From an uncultured Verrucomicrobiae bacterium (GTDB lineage: Bacteria > Verrucomicrobiota > Verrucomicrobiia > Chthoniobacterales > JAFAMB01), in the NCBI GenBank assembly GCA_963837955.1, contig CAWIPH010000002.1:3552001-3616000 (forward strand): a stretch of 64,000 nucleotides of DNA, read 5' to 3'. This document shows positions 21,215 to 31,401 of this stretch, piece by piece. The position numbers and the translations under genes are program-made. Position 1 is the first letter of the stretch; the number at the start of each line of letters is the position of its first letter. The notes beneath the pieces are model-generated. The model made no database searches. It had not been told where the DNA came from and saw only the letters and a program-made list of their open reading frames with translations.

Positions 21215-21445
21215 TTAATCCACAATCTGGAGAACTGCTTGGTGGCCGCTTCTGGCCGCGGCCGCGTTCAGAAGGTTGCGCATTGCGGTGATCGTCTGCC
21301 CGTTGCGTCCGATGACTTTCCCGACGTCCGATCGCCGCATTTCTATTTTGAACAAGATCTTGCTACCCTGTTCCACCTTCGTGACCAGCACTTCCTCCGG
21401 TGCTTCGACCAAATGCTGAATCACGAATTCCAGGAAGTTCTCCAC
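21215..21445 (-). CDS. khpA: KH-domain RNA-binding protein
   Basis: DVGKVIGRNGQTI; directly after rpsP. Confidence 0.9.
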   Translation of the reverse strand: MENFLEFVIQHLVEAPEEVLVTKVEQGSKILFKIEMRRSDVGKVIGRNGQTITAMRNLLNAAAARSGHQAVLQIVD

Positions 21446-21453
21446 AAGACAAA

Positions 21454-21714
21454 TCAGGCTTGGACGGCGGCCAGTTTTTTGCGAGCCTTGCGAATCATGC
21501 TGGCAACAGTCTCGCTCGGTTGGGCACCGTTCTTAACCCAGTAATCAACGCGATCCAGGTTGATCTCGTAGTTCTCTCCGGTTTTTCTCGGATCGTAATT
21601 ACCGATCATTTCAATAAATTTGCCGTCGCGCGGACTTCGTTTGTCCGCGACGATGACACGGTAATAGGGACGGTTCTTGGCGCCCTCTCGCCTCAGCCTA
21701 ATTACTACTGCCAT
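21454..21714 (-). CDS. rpsP: 30S ribosomal protein S16
   Basis: [20 protein letters not shown]...RDGKFIE...GAQPS. Confidence 0.98.
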   Translation of the reverse strand: MAVVIRLRREGAKNRPYYRVIVADKRSPRDGKFIEMIGNYDPRKTGENYEINLDRVDYWVKNGAQPSETVASMIRKARKKLAAVQA

Positions 21715-21750
21715 AAATTAAAGTTCGCGAACGAAGTCCCTTCTTGCCCG

Positions 21751-23079
21751 CTATTTTCTAAAAGGTTTAGCCCCTGGGACTTGGGCCATCATTTTTTTAA
21801 GCTGTCCCGAATTCTTCATCAATTTCCTCATTTGATTAAATCCTTGAAGAACCGTGTTTACTTCCGAGACAGAGGTTCCACTGCCGCGAGCTATTCTTTG
21901 ACGCCTCCTCGCATTGAGGATGTCGGGCTGCTTCCTTTCACCCGGAGTCATCGAGAGGACAATTGCCTCGGTTCGCTTCAGTCTCTTTTCGTCAACCGAA
22001 AAGCCTTTCACATTACTCATCCCCGGAAGCATGCCAAGAATATTTTCCAGCGGCCCCATCCGGCGCAGCATTTTGAATTGGGCAAGAAAATCGTTGAAAT
22101 CGAACGATGCGGTTCGCAGTTTCTTCTCGAGCCGCGCTGCCTCGTCGGCATCAATTGCTTCGGCCGCGCGCTCGACCAAGCCGATGACATCTCCCATCCC
22201 GAGAATTCTCCCGGCCATTCTCTCGGGTTGAAATGCCTCGAATTGATCGATCTTCTCGCCGACACCGGCGAATTTGATCGGTCGCTGAGTAACCTCCCGG
22301 AGAGAGAGCGCGGCGCCTCCTCGGGCATCACCGTCGAGTTTGGTCAAAACTAAACCGGTCAAGCCCAGCGCCTCGTGAAAATGAGTCGCCACAGTTACCG
22401 CCTGTTGTCCTGTCGCCGCATCGCAAACGAGAAGAACTTCTTGAGGCTGCAAAAAATCGCGGAGTTGTTTTAGTTCGGCGACCAGCACCTCATCAATTTC
22501 GAGGCGTCCCGCCGTGTCGAATATTTGAACATTCCCGGTCTGCGACTCGGCCCATTTCAAGCCGGCTCTTCCAACCGGCTGCAAATTTGTTTCACCAGGA
22601 TCCGGACGAAAAACCGGGACTCCCACCTGCTTGGCCAAGGTAGCAAGCTGCTCAATTGCAGCCGGTCGATGCAAATCCAAGGCGAACAAGAGCGGCGCTT
22701 TGCCTTGCTTCTTCAGCAAGTTTGCCAGTTTGGCCGCGGACGTCGTTTTGCCGGCACCATGCAACCCGACCAGCATAATGCGAGCAGGGCTCGAAAGAAC
22801 CAAGGGTTCAGCGTTCCCCCCCAGCAAAGCGGTCAACTCATCATGGAAAATTTTAACGATTTGCTGGCCTGGAGAAATACTCCGGAGGACTTCCTGTCCA
22901 AGCGATTTTGCGCGGACTCGCGCAATGAAGTCTTTGGCGACCTGATAATGAACGTCCGCCTCTAATAAGGCCAAGCGGACTTGCCGGAGGGCATCCGTAA
23001 TATTGCTCTCCGAAATAGCACCGTGACCGCGGAGGTCCTTAAAAACATCCTGAAGCCGGTCAGATAGTTGAGCAAACAC
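21751..23079 (-). CDS. ffh: Signal recognition particle protein
   Basis: ALLEADV, GLHGAGKTT, DTAGR, TKLDGDARGG and the M domain; start trimmed to GTG 23079. Confidence 0.97.
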   Translation of the reverse strand: MFAQLSDRLQDVFKDLRGHGAISESNITDALRQVRLALLEADVHYQVAKDFIARVRAKSLGQEVLRSISPGQQIVKIFHDELTALLGGNAEPLVLSSPARIMLVGLHGAGKTTSAAKLANLLKKQGKAPLLFALDLHRPAAIEQLATLAKQVGVPVFRPDPGETNLQPVGRAGLKWAESQTGNVQIFDTAGRLEIDEVLVAELKQLRDFLQPQEVLLVCDAATGQQAVTVATHFHEALGLTGLVLTKLDGDARGGAALSLREVTQRPIKFAGVGEKIDQFEAFQPERMAGRILGMGDVIGLVERAAEAIDADEAARLEKKLRTASFDFNDFLAQFKMLRRMGPLENILGMLPGMSNVKGFSVDEKRLKRTEAIVLSMTPGERKQPDILNARRRQRIARGSGTSVSEVNTVLQGFNQMRKLMKNSGQLKKMMAQVPGAKPFRK

Positions 23080-23107
23080 CGGTAAAATCGAGTCCGATTG
23101 TCCCTTT

Positions 23108-24295
23108 TTAGTTGGTTGCGACTGGCCCCGCTGGGTCAACCGTGAAACCCCAACGCGTCTCGACTTTCTTGCCGTTCACCTTTGCCGTCAGGATCACCGT
23201 GTATGTCTTCGGAACCAATTTCTGGGTAAATACGTAGCTTACAAGTTTCGTCTTCGGATCATAGGTCGCCGGTACCACCCCGAACCCACTGACCCGCATT
23301 TCGACCGATTTGGGATCAACGTCCCCCATGCTAGCCAAGTTGGCCTTAATCGTGGGTTTGGGCTCCGTAATATGCTGATCATTCAGCGGCTCTGTAAGCA
23401 TCGCGGCTGAGGCGAGTTGGCTGGTTTCTACGCCAGGCTGAGTGCTATCGCTCGCCCCAAAGTCCAGGGCTGACTTGAACACATCAGATTTTAGAGAATC
23501 GATCGCGTATCGGCCAATTTGATCGGCTGGCACATTGATATCCATGTGCCGGCCATAAACCGTAAACTGCATCTCATAACCGGCTTCTTTGGCGGTCTTG
23601 CGGACGACCTCATTGTGAAAGCCGTATGGGAAGGCGAAAGCGATGATCTTAACCCCGAGCTTCTCTTCCAGGGTCTCTTTGCAGCTATAAACTTCGTTGT
23701 GCAACCAGGACGTATAATCCTGCCCTTTCGGAGCATGGCGCAGATCGTGGTGCGACACAGTGTGACTTTCAATGTCGACTCCAGCATCTCGCATCTCTGC
23801 CAGCTGCCCCCAAGTCATCGCCTTACCGCCTGTCCCTACCCACTGCGTATAGATAAATAGCGTGAATGGGTAACCGAATTCTTTCAAAATCGGCCAGGCC
23901 ACGTTGTACTGGGAGTTCCATCCATCGTCGATGGTAATGACCGCGCTCTTTAACGGGATCGGCTTTTGGCCATTTCGCCAGGCGAGCAGGTCCTGCATTG
24001 AGATCACGGAAATTCCATTATCTTTTAGCGCCTTCATTTGGGCGCGAAAATCGTTCGGCAACGTTACCAACTCGGCCGCCCTATCTTCGAAGCGATGATA
24101 AAGAAGAACGATGAATTTGGCATTGCGATTGGTGTCGGGAGTCGGTGTTGGAGTTGCCTGCACTACAGGGCTTGGTGTCGTCGCTACCGATGCCGTTGGA
24201 CCCGGGGTAGGCTTAGTCGAATCACTCTCCGCCTTCTTGCATCCCGCTACGACAAGCGGTAACACCGACAGAAACACCAATAAACAACGGCGCAT
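23108..24295 (-). CDS. Polysaccharide deacetylase lipoprotein
   Basis: Lipobox VVAGC, Pro/Thr linker, then LLYH, TIDDG, SHTVSH and FAFPYG motifs. Confidence 0.88.
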   Translation of the reverse strand: MRRCLLVFLSVLPLVVAGCKKAESDSTKPTPGPTASVATTPSPVVQATPTPTPDTNRNAKFIVLLYHRFEDRAAELVTLPNDFRAQMKALKDNGISVISMQDLLAWRNGQKPIPLKSAVITIDDGWNSQYNVAWPILKEFGYPFTLFIYTQWVGTGGKAMTWGQLAEMRDAGVDIESHTVSHHDLRHAPKGQDYTSWLHNEVYSCKETLEEKLGVKIIAFAFPYGFHNEVVRKTAKEAGYEMQFTVYGRHMDINVPADQIGRYAIDSLKSDVFKSALDFGASDSTQPGVETSQLASAAMLTEPLNDQHITEPKPTIKANLASMGDVDPKSVEMRVSGFGVVPATYDPKTKLVSYVFTQKLVPKTYTVILTAKVNGKKVETRWGFTVDPAGPVATN

Positions 24296-24393
24296 ACAAA
24301 TCTGCCGGAGATATATCACGGCTGGGCGAATTGTGAAGCGCAGATTCATTGTTAGGTCTACTAAATTCTCCATCGCCTTATCCAGAGGAGGTT

Positions 24394-25701
24394 CTAGTCT
24401 GCTACCTCCGTAAGGCCAAGCCGGCGAAACGTCTCATCGATATGACTGAAATGTCGCTCGACCGAGCAAATATTCATCAACTCCGAATCTGAGATCAACT
24501 TGGTTATTTCCGGAATTTTCCGGATCTCAGCCAGAAAATCGGAGTTGTTCTTCCACGTTGACATGGCCGCCCCTTGCACAGCCTCATAGGCCGCTCTTCG
24601 TTCCATTCCGCGCCTGGTCAATTCGAGCAAAATCGACTGACTAAAGTAAAGGCCTTTACTCATCTCTAAGTTCTGTCGCATCTGCTCTGGATAGATCATC
24701 AGGCCCTCCACGAGTTTGGCCAGCGTGTTTAACATATAGTCTACCAGCACGCAGGAGTCCGGGAGAATGATCCGTTCCACGCTACTGTGACTGATATCCC
24801 GCTCATGCCAGAGCGCGACATTTTCGAGTGCGGCCAACGCATTGCCGCGAATGACTCGAGCTAAGCCGCTCAAACGTTCTCCGGTAATCGGATTGCGCTT
24901 ATGCGGCATCGCTGAACTCCCTTTCTGGCCAGGGCTGAAGTATTCTTCGATTTCACGCACTTCTGTTCTTTGCAGGTGCCGGAACTCGGTGGCCCAGCGG
25001 TCGATGCTGGACGCTATAAGCGCCAAAGTCGTACTGAATTCTGCGTGCCGATCCCGCTGAATGACTTGAGTCGACAGCCGATCGGGCTCTAATTGCAATC
25101 GTCGGCAAACAATTTCTTCTACCCTCGGATCCAGGTGAGCGTGGGTTCCCACTGCTCCACTCAATTTTCCGACAGCGATCGCAGCCCGCGCATGTTGCAA
25201 CCGCGTTTCCGCTCGCCCGAACTCGTCATACATGAGCGCCATTTTTAAACCAAAAGTAATGGGCTCGGCGTGAATTCCGTGACTTCGTCCGATCATCGGC
25301 GTGCGCCTGTGAGCAATGGCTTGATGAGCCGCAGCCGAACGGACGGATCGGATCCCCGAAGCGAGCAGATCGCTCGCTTCTACCAGCTGGACCGCCAACG
25401 TGGTATCGAGAATATCAGACGAAGTCAGACCCTGGTGCATCCAGCGAGCAGCCGGACCAATATATGATGAGACATTTTCGAGAAAAGCGATGACATCGTG
25501 ATTCGTCCGTTTCTCGATTTCGGCAATCTCAGCCACGGAAAACTTGCCTTGCGCGCGAATCGTTTCGGCGTCCGCCCGGGGGATAAGGCCCAACTCGGCC
25601 ATGGCTTCGCAAGCCAATGTCTCGATCTCGAGCCAAATTGAGAACTTCCGCTCTTCCGACCAGATATCCCGCATCTGCGGGCGCGAATAACGAGGGATCA
25701 C
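24394..25701 (-). CDS. purB: Adenylosuccinate lyase
   Basis: HDVIAF, GLTSSD, GRSHG and GSSAMPHKRNP motifs; start trimmed to GTG 25701 (VIPRYSR). Confidence 0.97.
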   Translation of the reverse strand: MIPRYSRPQMRDIWSEERKFSIWLEIETLACEAMAELGLIPRADAETIRAQGKFSVAEIAEIEKRTNHDVIAFLENVSSYIGPAARWMHQGLTSSDILDTTLAVQLVEASDLLASGIRSVRSAAAHQAIAHRRTPMIGRSHGIHAEPITFGLKMALMYDEFGRAETRLQHARAAIAVGKLSGAVGTHAHLDPRVEEIVCRRLQLEPDRLSTQVIQRDRHAEFSTTLALIASSIDRWATEFRHLQRTEVREIEEYFSPGQKGSSAMPHKRNPITGERLSGLARVIRGNALAALENVALWHERDISHSSVERIILPDSCVLVDYMLNTLAKLVEGLMIYPEQMRQNLEMSKGLYFSQSILLELTRRGMERRAAYEAVQGAAMSTWKNNSDFLAEIRKIPEITKLISDSELMNICSVERHFSHIDETFRRLGLTEVAD

Positions 25702-25886
25702 GCTCGACGTTAAAACGCCCGCCGCAGATACGAAACAGTTTTTTCGGCTAGAGAAAGTGAGACAGAACGGCGCACCAGCAAATGGCTGGGCCGGAACACG
25801 TTGCCGTAGCAATCCGGCGGATGGGGATCTGCTAGCTTGAAGGGGCGCTAATTTATACGACGCTCGCGAGAAATCGATCGAGCCTG

Positions 25887-26002
25887 GGGAGGGATCGCGT
25901 CCTCGCGATCCGCGGCGCACGAGGATCCGACGTCGCGGAGCTCTTAATCTTATGGCACAAGGCGCCCGATAAGCTATGTCGGACAGGCTGTGCGCCCTCC
26001 CG
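25887..26002. repeat. REP-like doublet with one inserted module (related to 42158-42421)
   Basis: GGGAGGGATCGCGTCCTCGCGATCC...GTGCGCCCTCCCG; its reverse complement aligns with 42158-42270. Confidence 0.8.
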
Positions 26003-26044
26003 TTTTGTGTCCGAGTTATCGGACGCTCTGCGTAAGCAGGACTG

Positions 26045-26218
26045 CTACCGCACGCGTGCTCTAATTTTCCGGCCGTTGTTCATTATGCTGACTTGGCCTG
26101 AAGCAAGAAGGTCAGCGACGGCGGCGGCCGTTTCCTCTTGGCTGTTAGAATAGGAGCTAACTGCTAAAATTAAATCGCCGAGCGAGAGCGGCCTACTCGT
26201 TACTTTTCGCCTTTTCAT
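26045..26218 (-). CDS. Small hypothetical protein, 57 aa (not in ORF track)
   Basis: MKRRKVTSRPLSLGDLILAVSSYSNSQEETAAAVADLLASGQVSIMNNGRKIRARVR; SD GAAAGGA 7 nt before ATG. Confidence 0.7.
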   Translation of the reverse strand: MKRRKVTSRPLSLGDLILAVSSYSNSQEETAAAVADLLASGQVSIMNNGRKIRARVR

Positions 26219-26283
26219 CGTGATATCCTTTCAAGGTCTTTTAGGTTCCGGTATCAGCCGCCTAGGTCCCAAAAAAGCCCCTA

Positions 26284-26298
26284 GCATAGCGAATACCA
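26284..26298 (-). promoter_or_regulatory. Putative sigma54 (-24/-12) promoter
   Basis: Minus strand TGGTAT-TCGCT-ATGC has the exact GG-N10-GC spacing; ~65 nt before the 57-aa gene. Confidence 0.5.
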
Positions 26299-26437
26299 TA
26301 TTCTTACGTCCGAACCATTAGACGAAGGGATCTAATGTTCCGTTTAAAACTTTCTTGTTTTCTGCTCATTTTTCTTCGAACAGAGATTTTCGGTTGCAGA
26401 GAGCTCGGGCTTCGCCGAGACATCCCCGGCGTTTTTT

Positions 26438-27103
26438 ATGCAGTGGAATCCGATTGACCTTCTTCTCCACCTTAATGACCACCTCGACCAGTTGTCCCTG
26501 CAGGTGGGCGGATGGGTCTATCTTGTGTTGTTCCTTATCGTTTTTTGTGAGAGCGGAATAGTTGTCACGCCGTTTCTCCCCGGAGACGCTCTCCTTTTCA
26601 CAGTTGGCGCTCTGACCGCCACCACCACGCATTTCAATCTTTACCTCGTCCTGTTCCTGCTCACTCTCGCTGCTTTCCTAGGTTATACGCTTAATTATTG
26701 GGTTGGTGCGGCGCTCGGAAGAAGGTTGTTCAAACGGGATAATTCCAAGATTTTTAATCGCAAATACCTGGAACAGACCCACGGCTTTTACGATCGCCAC
26801 GGTGGCAAAACGATCGCTCTTGCTCGATATCTGCCGGTGATTCGCACCTTCGCGCCGTTCGTCGCCGGAATGGCGGGCATGGATTACGGGAAGTTTTTCC
26901 TCTACAATCTTCTGGGTGGCATCTTCTGGGTTTTCAGCGTCGTTCTGGTGGGTCACTTTTTCGGAGGCCTTCCTTACGTCCAGCACAATTTCACGTTGGT
27001 GATCCTCGGCGTGATCGTAATCTCGATGATTCCGCCAGGAATCGAATTTGTCCGGGCCTGGCTGGCACGTTCCGAAACCAGCAAGACGCCGAGCGGAGAA
27101 TAA
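26438..27103 (+). CDS. dedA: DedA family membrane protein
   Basis: FCESG, PFLPGDALLF, RYLPVIRTFAPFVAG. Confidence 0.93.
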   Translation: MQWNPIDLLLHLNDHLDQLSLQVGGWVYLVLFLIVFCESGIVVTPFLPGDALLFTVGALTATTTHFNLYLVLFLLTLAAFLGYTLNYWVGAALGRRLFKRDNSKIFNRKYLEQTHGFYDRHGGKTIALARYLPVIRTFAPFVAGMAGMDYGKFFLYNLLGGIFWVFSVVLVGHFFGGLPYVQHNFTLVILGVIVISMIPPGIEFVRAWLARSETSKTPSGE

Positions 27104-27176
27104 GGCTGCCTTTCGACCTTCGGTTGGTTAACGAAATTCCTGACAATCCGGACCCCGTTGTGCTAAGGGTTCGCTC

Positions 27177-28832
27177 GTGCGCAAAGCGAAGGCCTGGCTA
27201 GTAACCGTCGCTTTTATATTAGCCATAGTTGGTGCCGGATGGTGGCTGGCGACGAGAGCTTCGTCTTTGACGCCCACTCTGGCTCATGCCGACGCGAAAA
27301 AAGTTCTTCTACTTCACGTCGGGACTGAGCCTTCGGCCCTGGACCCACAACAGGTACGCGGCATACCGGAATCAAAAATCCTAAGCTGCTTGTTTGAAGG
27401 TTTGGTTATTCCGGATCCACGCGACAGCACCAAACAATTTCCCGGGGTCGCTGATTCTTGGGAGCATAATGAAGACTCCTCGGTTTGGACATTCCATCTG
27501 CGAGCAGACGCCAGATGGTCAAACGGTGATCCGCTCACAGCAAGCGATTTTGCCTTTTCTTTCCAGCGCATTCTGACTCCGGAACTTGGCGCTTTCTTCG
27601 CGGACTATCTGTACATCATTCGGGGCGGTGAAGAGTTCCATAAAGGAAAGATCAAAGACTTTACTCAGGTCGGAGTGAGAGTGATCGATCCGCATACATT
27701 GCGGCTGGAGCTAATCGGTCCGACCCCCTATTTGCTCTCTGCTCTTACAAATTATTTTTGGTTTCCCGTTCACCCAGCAACGATTCTTCGATTTGGCAAA
27801 CTCGGAGATCGAAACACCCGCTGGACCCAGCCAGATACTTTTGTTGGTAATGGACCATTCCTCATGAAGACCTGGAAACAGAACGATGTCATTGAGACCG
27901 TCCGTAACCCGTTTTATTGGAACGCCGAAAACGTAAAACTCAACGGCGTCAATTTCTACTCGATCGAAGATCAGAATACTGCAGATCGGGCCTTTCGGGC
28001 AGGACAACTGCATACGACACTTGATATACCGCTGGACAAGGTCCCTTTTTACCGGCGCGAGCACCCGGAACTGATCCATTTGGAACCGTATGCCGCAGTC
28101 TATTTTTATCGCATCAACGTGGCGCAAAAGCCGTTGAACGATGCCAGGGTCAGACAAGCGCTCAACTTGGCGCTTGATCGCGAGAGTATCGTCCAAAACT
28201 TGCTTCGGGGTGATCAGCTCCCCGCTACCGGAGTGACGCCCCCAGGGTTTCCCGGCTATCAGCCAGTAGATATCGCGAGATACGATCCGGAAAGAGCGCG
28301 AAGTCTCCTGGCGGAAGCAGGTTACCCGGGCGGAGCCGGATTCCCGCCGATCAGCATCCTAATAAATACGAGCGAGGCGCACCGTTCGATCGCCGAAGCA
28401 ATTCAACAGATGTGGCGAGAAGAGTTAAACATCTCCGTTCAAATCGAAAATCAGGAATGGAAGGTCTACCTGCAATCGATGCATCAACATCACTTCACGA
28501 TTGCGCGCAACGGTTGGGTCTCCGGTTTTCTCGATCCGCTGTCCATGCTCGAGATCTGGAAAAGTGATAGCAGTCTGAACGACAGCAGCTGGTCTAACCC
28601 GCAATTCGATGCGTTGCTGCGAGAGGCGAGCGTTACCAGCGAGGCATCGCTGCGGCTGGCTAAGCTTCGCCAAGCCGAAGAAATTTTGATCCGGGAATCA
28701 CCACTCTTGCCGATCTATTGGTATACCCGCGTTTACCTCCTCGATCCGGCGGTCAAGGGATGGCAGGCAAACCTGGAAGACAAGCACCCCGTCCAGTTTA
28801 TCGACCTTCAGCCGGGAATTCCGTTGCGCTAG
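27177..28832 (+). CDS. Peptide ABC transporter substrate-binding protein (OppA-like, no adjacent permeases)
   Basis: EPSALDP, LFEGL, WTFHLRADARWSNGDPLTASDF and GNGPF motifs. Confidence 0.9.
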   Translation: MRKAKAWLVTVAFILAIVGAGWWLATRASSLTPTLAHADAKKVLLLHVGTEPSALDPQQVRGIPESKILSCLFEGLVIPDPRDSTKQFPGVADSWEHNEDSSVWTFHLRADARWSNGDPLTASDFAFSFQRILTPELGAFFADYLYIIRGGEEFHKGKIKDFTQVGVRVIDPHTLRLELIGPTPYLLSALTNYFWFPVHPATILRFGKLGDRNTRWTQPDTFVGNGPFLMKTWKQNDVIETVRNPFYWNAENVKLNGVNFYSIEDQNTADRAFRAGQLHTTLDIPLDKVPFYRREHPELIHLEPYAAVYFYRINVAQKPLNDARVRQALNLALDRESIVQNLLRGDQLPATGVTPPGFPGYQPVDIARYDPERARSLLAEAGYPGGAGFPPISILINTSEAHRSIAEAIQQMWREELNISVQIENQEWKVYLQSMHQHHFTIARNGWVSGFLDPLSMLEIWKSDSSLNDSSWSNPQFDALLREASVTSEASLRLAKLRQAEEILIRESPLLPIYWYTRVYLLDPAVKGWQANLEDKHPVQFIDLQPGIPLR

Positions 28833-28955
28833 CCAAGCGACGAATTTCTCCAATATTCATTGACCAAAGAAACGGCGGAAGCCGCAATGCAGCTCCCGCC
28901 TGTTTAATCCTAACTTGTCTCCCCCTCCGCTTTGCGGAAGGGGAACGAATCATTT

Positions 28956-31130
28956 CTAGCGCTGCTTCGGACCGTTTTCAGCCGGCTGGGTGGTCGCACC
29001 TAGCTCGTAGGAAAAGAAAGAGAACACGTTCGTAAATAGCGAAACTCTTTCATCCAAAGAACTGCCGATCCCGTGCCCGAATGAACTTACCTTCAACAAG
29101 ATTGGATTATCGGGCGCAGCCGCCGATTGCAGTCGCGCGGCAAACTTGAACGAATTGTGAGGAGCGACCCGGCCATCGTTCAAACCCGCGGTCAACAAGA
29201 TGGACGGATACTTCTGCCCTTCCTTCACGTGGTGATAGGGCGAGTAAGCGAGCAGAGCCTTGAACTGGTCGGGATCCTTCACGGTCCCGAATTCGGTGGT
29301 GTTAAACATGCCATTCGGCTCGAGTTCGCTCCGTAGCGAATCGTAAATCCCGACTTCCGAAACCACTGCCTTCATTAGAGTCGGATGCTGCGTAATCATC
29401 GCACCCATCAGGAGTCCGCCGTTGCTTCCTCCCAGCATTCCGAGCTTTGGCGTAGAGGTATATTTGTGCTCGATCAGATAATTCGCACAGGCCGTAAAAT
29501 CATCGAACACATTCTGCTTCTTGGTGAGATTACCTGCCTTGTGCCAATCTTCCCCAAATTCCCCACCTCCGCGCAGATTCGTGTCAACGAATATGCCTCC
29601 TCGATCAAACCAAGCCCGCAGTACAACGTTCTCGCGGGGCACTTCGTTTATTCCATATCCTCCGTAGCCGTACAGAATTGTCGGATTATTGCCATTTAGC
29701 GGCGTGCCCTTCTTGCGCAGGATGTTGAGTGGAATCTTGGTACCGTCTTTGGATACGGCAAAATCTCTGGTAACTTCGATATCAGCGAAACTCACCGTAG
29801 CGGGAGAGCTCAGAGCGGTTTGGGTGAACTGACTGTTTTGTGGGTCTAATTGGAACCAACGCGGTTTTTCCGTGTAGCTCTGGATCTCGACCAGAATCGG
29901 GCCCGATTCTGCAGTAACCACGTCCCGCACGTCGGAAACTGGGGGTACTGGCAAAGTGGTTGGCTCGCCTCCGTTTAAGCCATAAATCTGCAGCGCTGAC
30001 GGTCCTCCAACCAAAGTGGGCACCAGCAAATGATCGGAAGTGAGGGCCAGTCCCTGGATCACTCCATCCCCTTGCGGCACGATCACCGTCGGTTCGCCGC
30101 CATTGGTGCTATTCAAATCAAATTTAACTACCTTTCCGCGCGGAGCGTCAGCCAATGAATTGGCGTAGAAGGAATCGCCAGGGCCGAGACGGCCCTTCTT
30201 TATCTTGTCTTCGAAATGGGTGAGCTGTTTCCAGGTTTTGTCGGATCCGAAGACGAAATGTTCGAAGTCACCGCCATCTCCATTCGCAACCGTCGCAACG
30301 ATGAAATCGGATTTCGGAACCGACTGTAGTTCAACCTCAGCGATTTTCGGGAACTCTTTACCAATCGAGTAAACGTCCTCCGACTCGTTCGTACCAAGCC
30401 GATGAAAATAGACCTGCTGATAGAAGTGCAGATCGGCGGCCGGTCGCTCGCCTTCTCTCGGAAAACGGGTGTAGAAAATTCCGGTATTGTCTTTCGTCCA
30501 GGCCGCGCTGCCGCCCGCGGTTGGGAACTGCACATGCTTAAGCACTTCGTCAGTCTGTTTTCCGTCCGCTACCGAAAAGAAATGGAGATCACCATCTTCG
30601 CTACCGCTCTTGGAAAGCGATACTGCGACCAATTTACCGTCCGGCGAGGGCACAAACCAGTCGATCGCGGTCGTACCGGCCGAGTCTATCTCGTTCGGAT
30701 CACAGACCGATCGCTCCGTTTCCGGCCGATCGGCGCTTTCTAAGACCACCAGGGATTGCTGCTGCTTCTTTGGATCAAACTTGAGAGCGAAGATTTTGCC
30801 ACCCGCGAATTGTATGGCGCCGTAGGAGATCGGCTGTACGGAAATGAGCTTCTTCATCTCTTCGGCAATCGCCGTTCGGCCAGGCAACGCCGCTAAAAAT
30901 TTTTCGCTTCGCTGATTCTGCTTCTCCGCCCAAGCTTTCACCCCCGGACTCTTCAAGTCCTCCAGCCAGCGGTAATCATCTTGGATAGTGGTTCCGTAAT
31001 AGCTGTCTTTCACCGGCTGCTTTTTGGTTTCAGGAGCCGATTCCAGCTTGGGAGGGGCCGCAAACGCCCATTGCGAACCGGGCAAGCCGAGGCAGACAAA
31101 TAACGGAATGTTTTTGAGCTTAATGAGCAT
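28956..31130 (-). CDS. Prolyl oligopeptidase (S9A), secreted
   Basis: DDYRWLE, YGYGG, GGSNGGLL, NDGRV and GHG motifs. Confidence 0.95.
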   Translation of the reverse strand: MLIKLKNIPLFVCLGLPGSQWAFAAPPKLESAPETKKQPVKDSYYGTTIQDDYRWLEDLKSPGVKAWAEKQNQRSEKFLAALPGRTAIAEEMKKLISVQPISYGAIQFAGGKIFALKFDPKKQQQSLVVLESADRPETERSVCDPNEIDSAGTTAIDWFVPSPDGKLVAVSLSKSGSEDGDLHFFSVADGKQTDEVLKHVQFPTAGGSAAWTKDNTGIFYTRFPREGERPAADLHFYQQVYFHRLGTNESEDVYSIGKEFPKIAEVELQSVPKSDFIVATVANGDGGDFEHFVFGSDKTWKQLTHFEDKIKKGRLGPGDSFYANSLADAPRGKVVKFDLNSTNGGEPTVIVPQGDGVIQGLALTSDHLLVPTLVGGPSALQIYGLNGGEPTTLPVPPVSDVRDVVTAESGPILVEIQSYTEKPRWFQLDPQNSQFTQTALSSPATVSFADIEVTRDFAVSKDGTKIPLNILRKKGTPLNGNNPTILYGYGGYGINEVPRENVVLRAWFDRGGIFVDTNLRGGGEFGEDWHKAGNLTKKQNVFDDFTACANYLIEHKYTSTPKLGMLGGSNGGLLMGAMITQHPTLMKAVVSEVGIYDSLRSELEPNGMFNTTEFGTVKDPDQFKALLAYSPYHHVKEGQKYPSILLTAGLNDGRVAPHNSFKFAARLQSAAAPDNPILLKVSSFGHGIGSSLDERVSLFTNVFSFFSYELGATTQPAENGPKQR

Positions 31131-31401
31131 AGGATGAGAACACTTAGATTTCGCGGAAAGTTTCACCTTTTTCGGAGCGGCGCAACGTGAGCCATACTTT
31201 ATCTACGTATTGGTTCCTCTGGCAAAGGATTCACCTTTCTCCTCAGGATGCTTTCGCATCTGAAGCTGCTGGGGGGGAGGAGAACTTCGGCACAGCAAAT
31301 TTTTCGTTAACGAAATGAGCGGCGGATCCGTCTGAGATCTTGTCGCCGTGTGAGAATATGGCGCATTAAGGCCGAAGGGATCTACCTATCGGCTGTTCAA
31401 T

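Noticed and set aside
21400..22353. 317-aa plus-strand ORF (and similar antisense ORFs over pyrG, putA and ileS)
   Set aside because: Antisense to highly conserved genes with no protein-like motifs; expected in GC-rich DNA.
25702..25920. Long N-terminal extensions of purB (likewise ileS, pyrF, ffh, ohr and the SGNH gene)
   Set aside because: The extensions run through repeats or neighbouring genes; family-typical N-termini begin at downstream starts.
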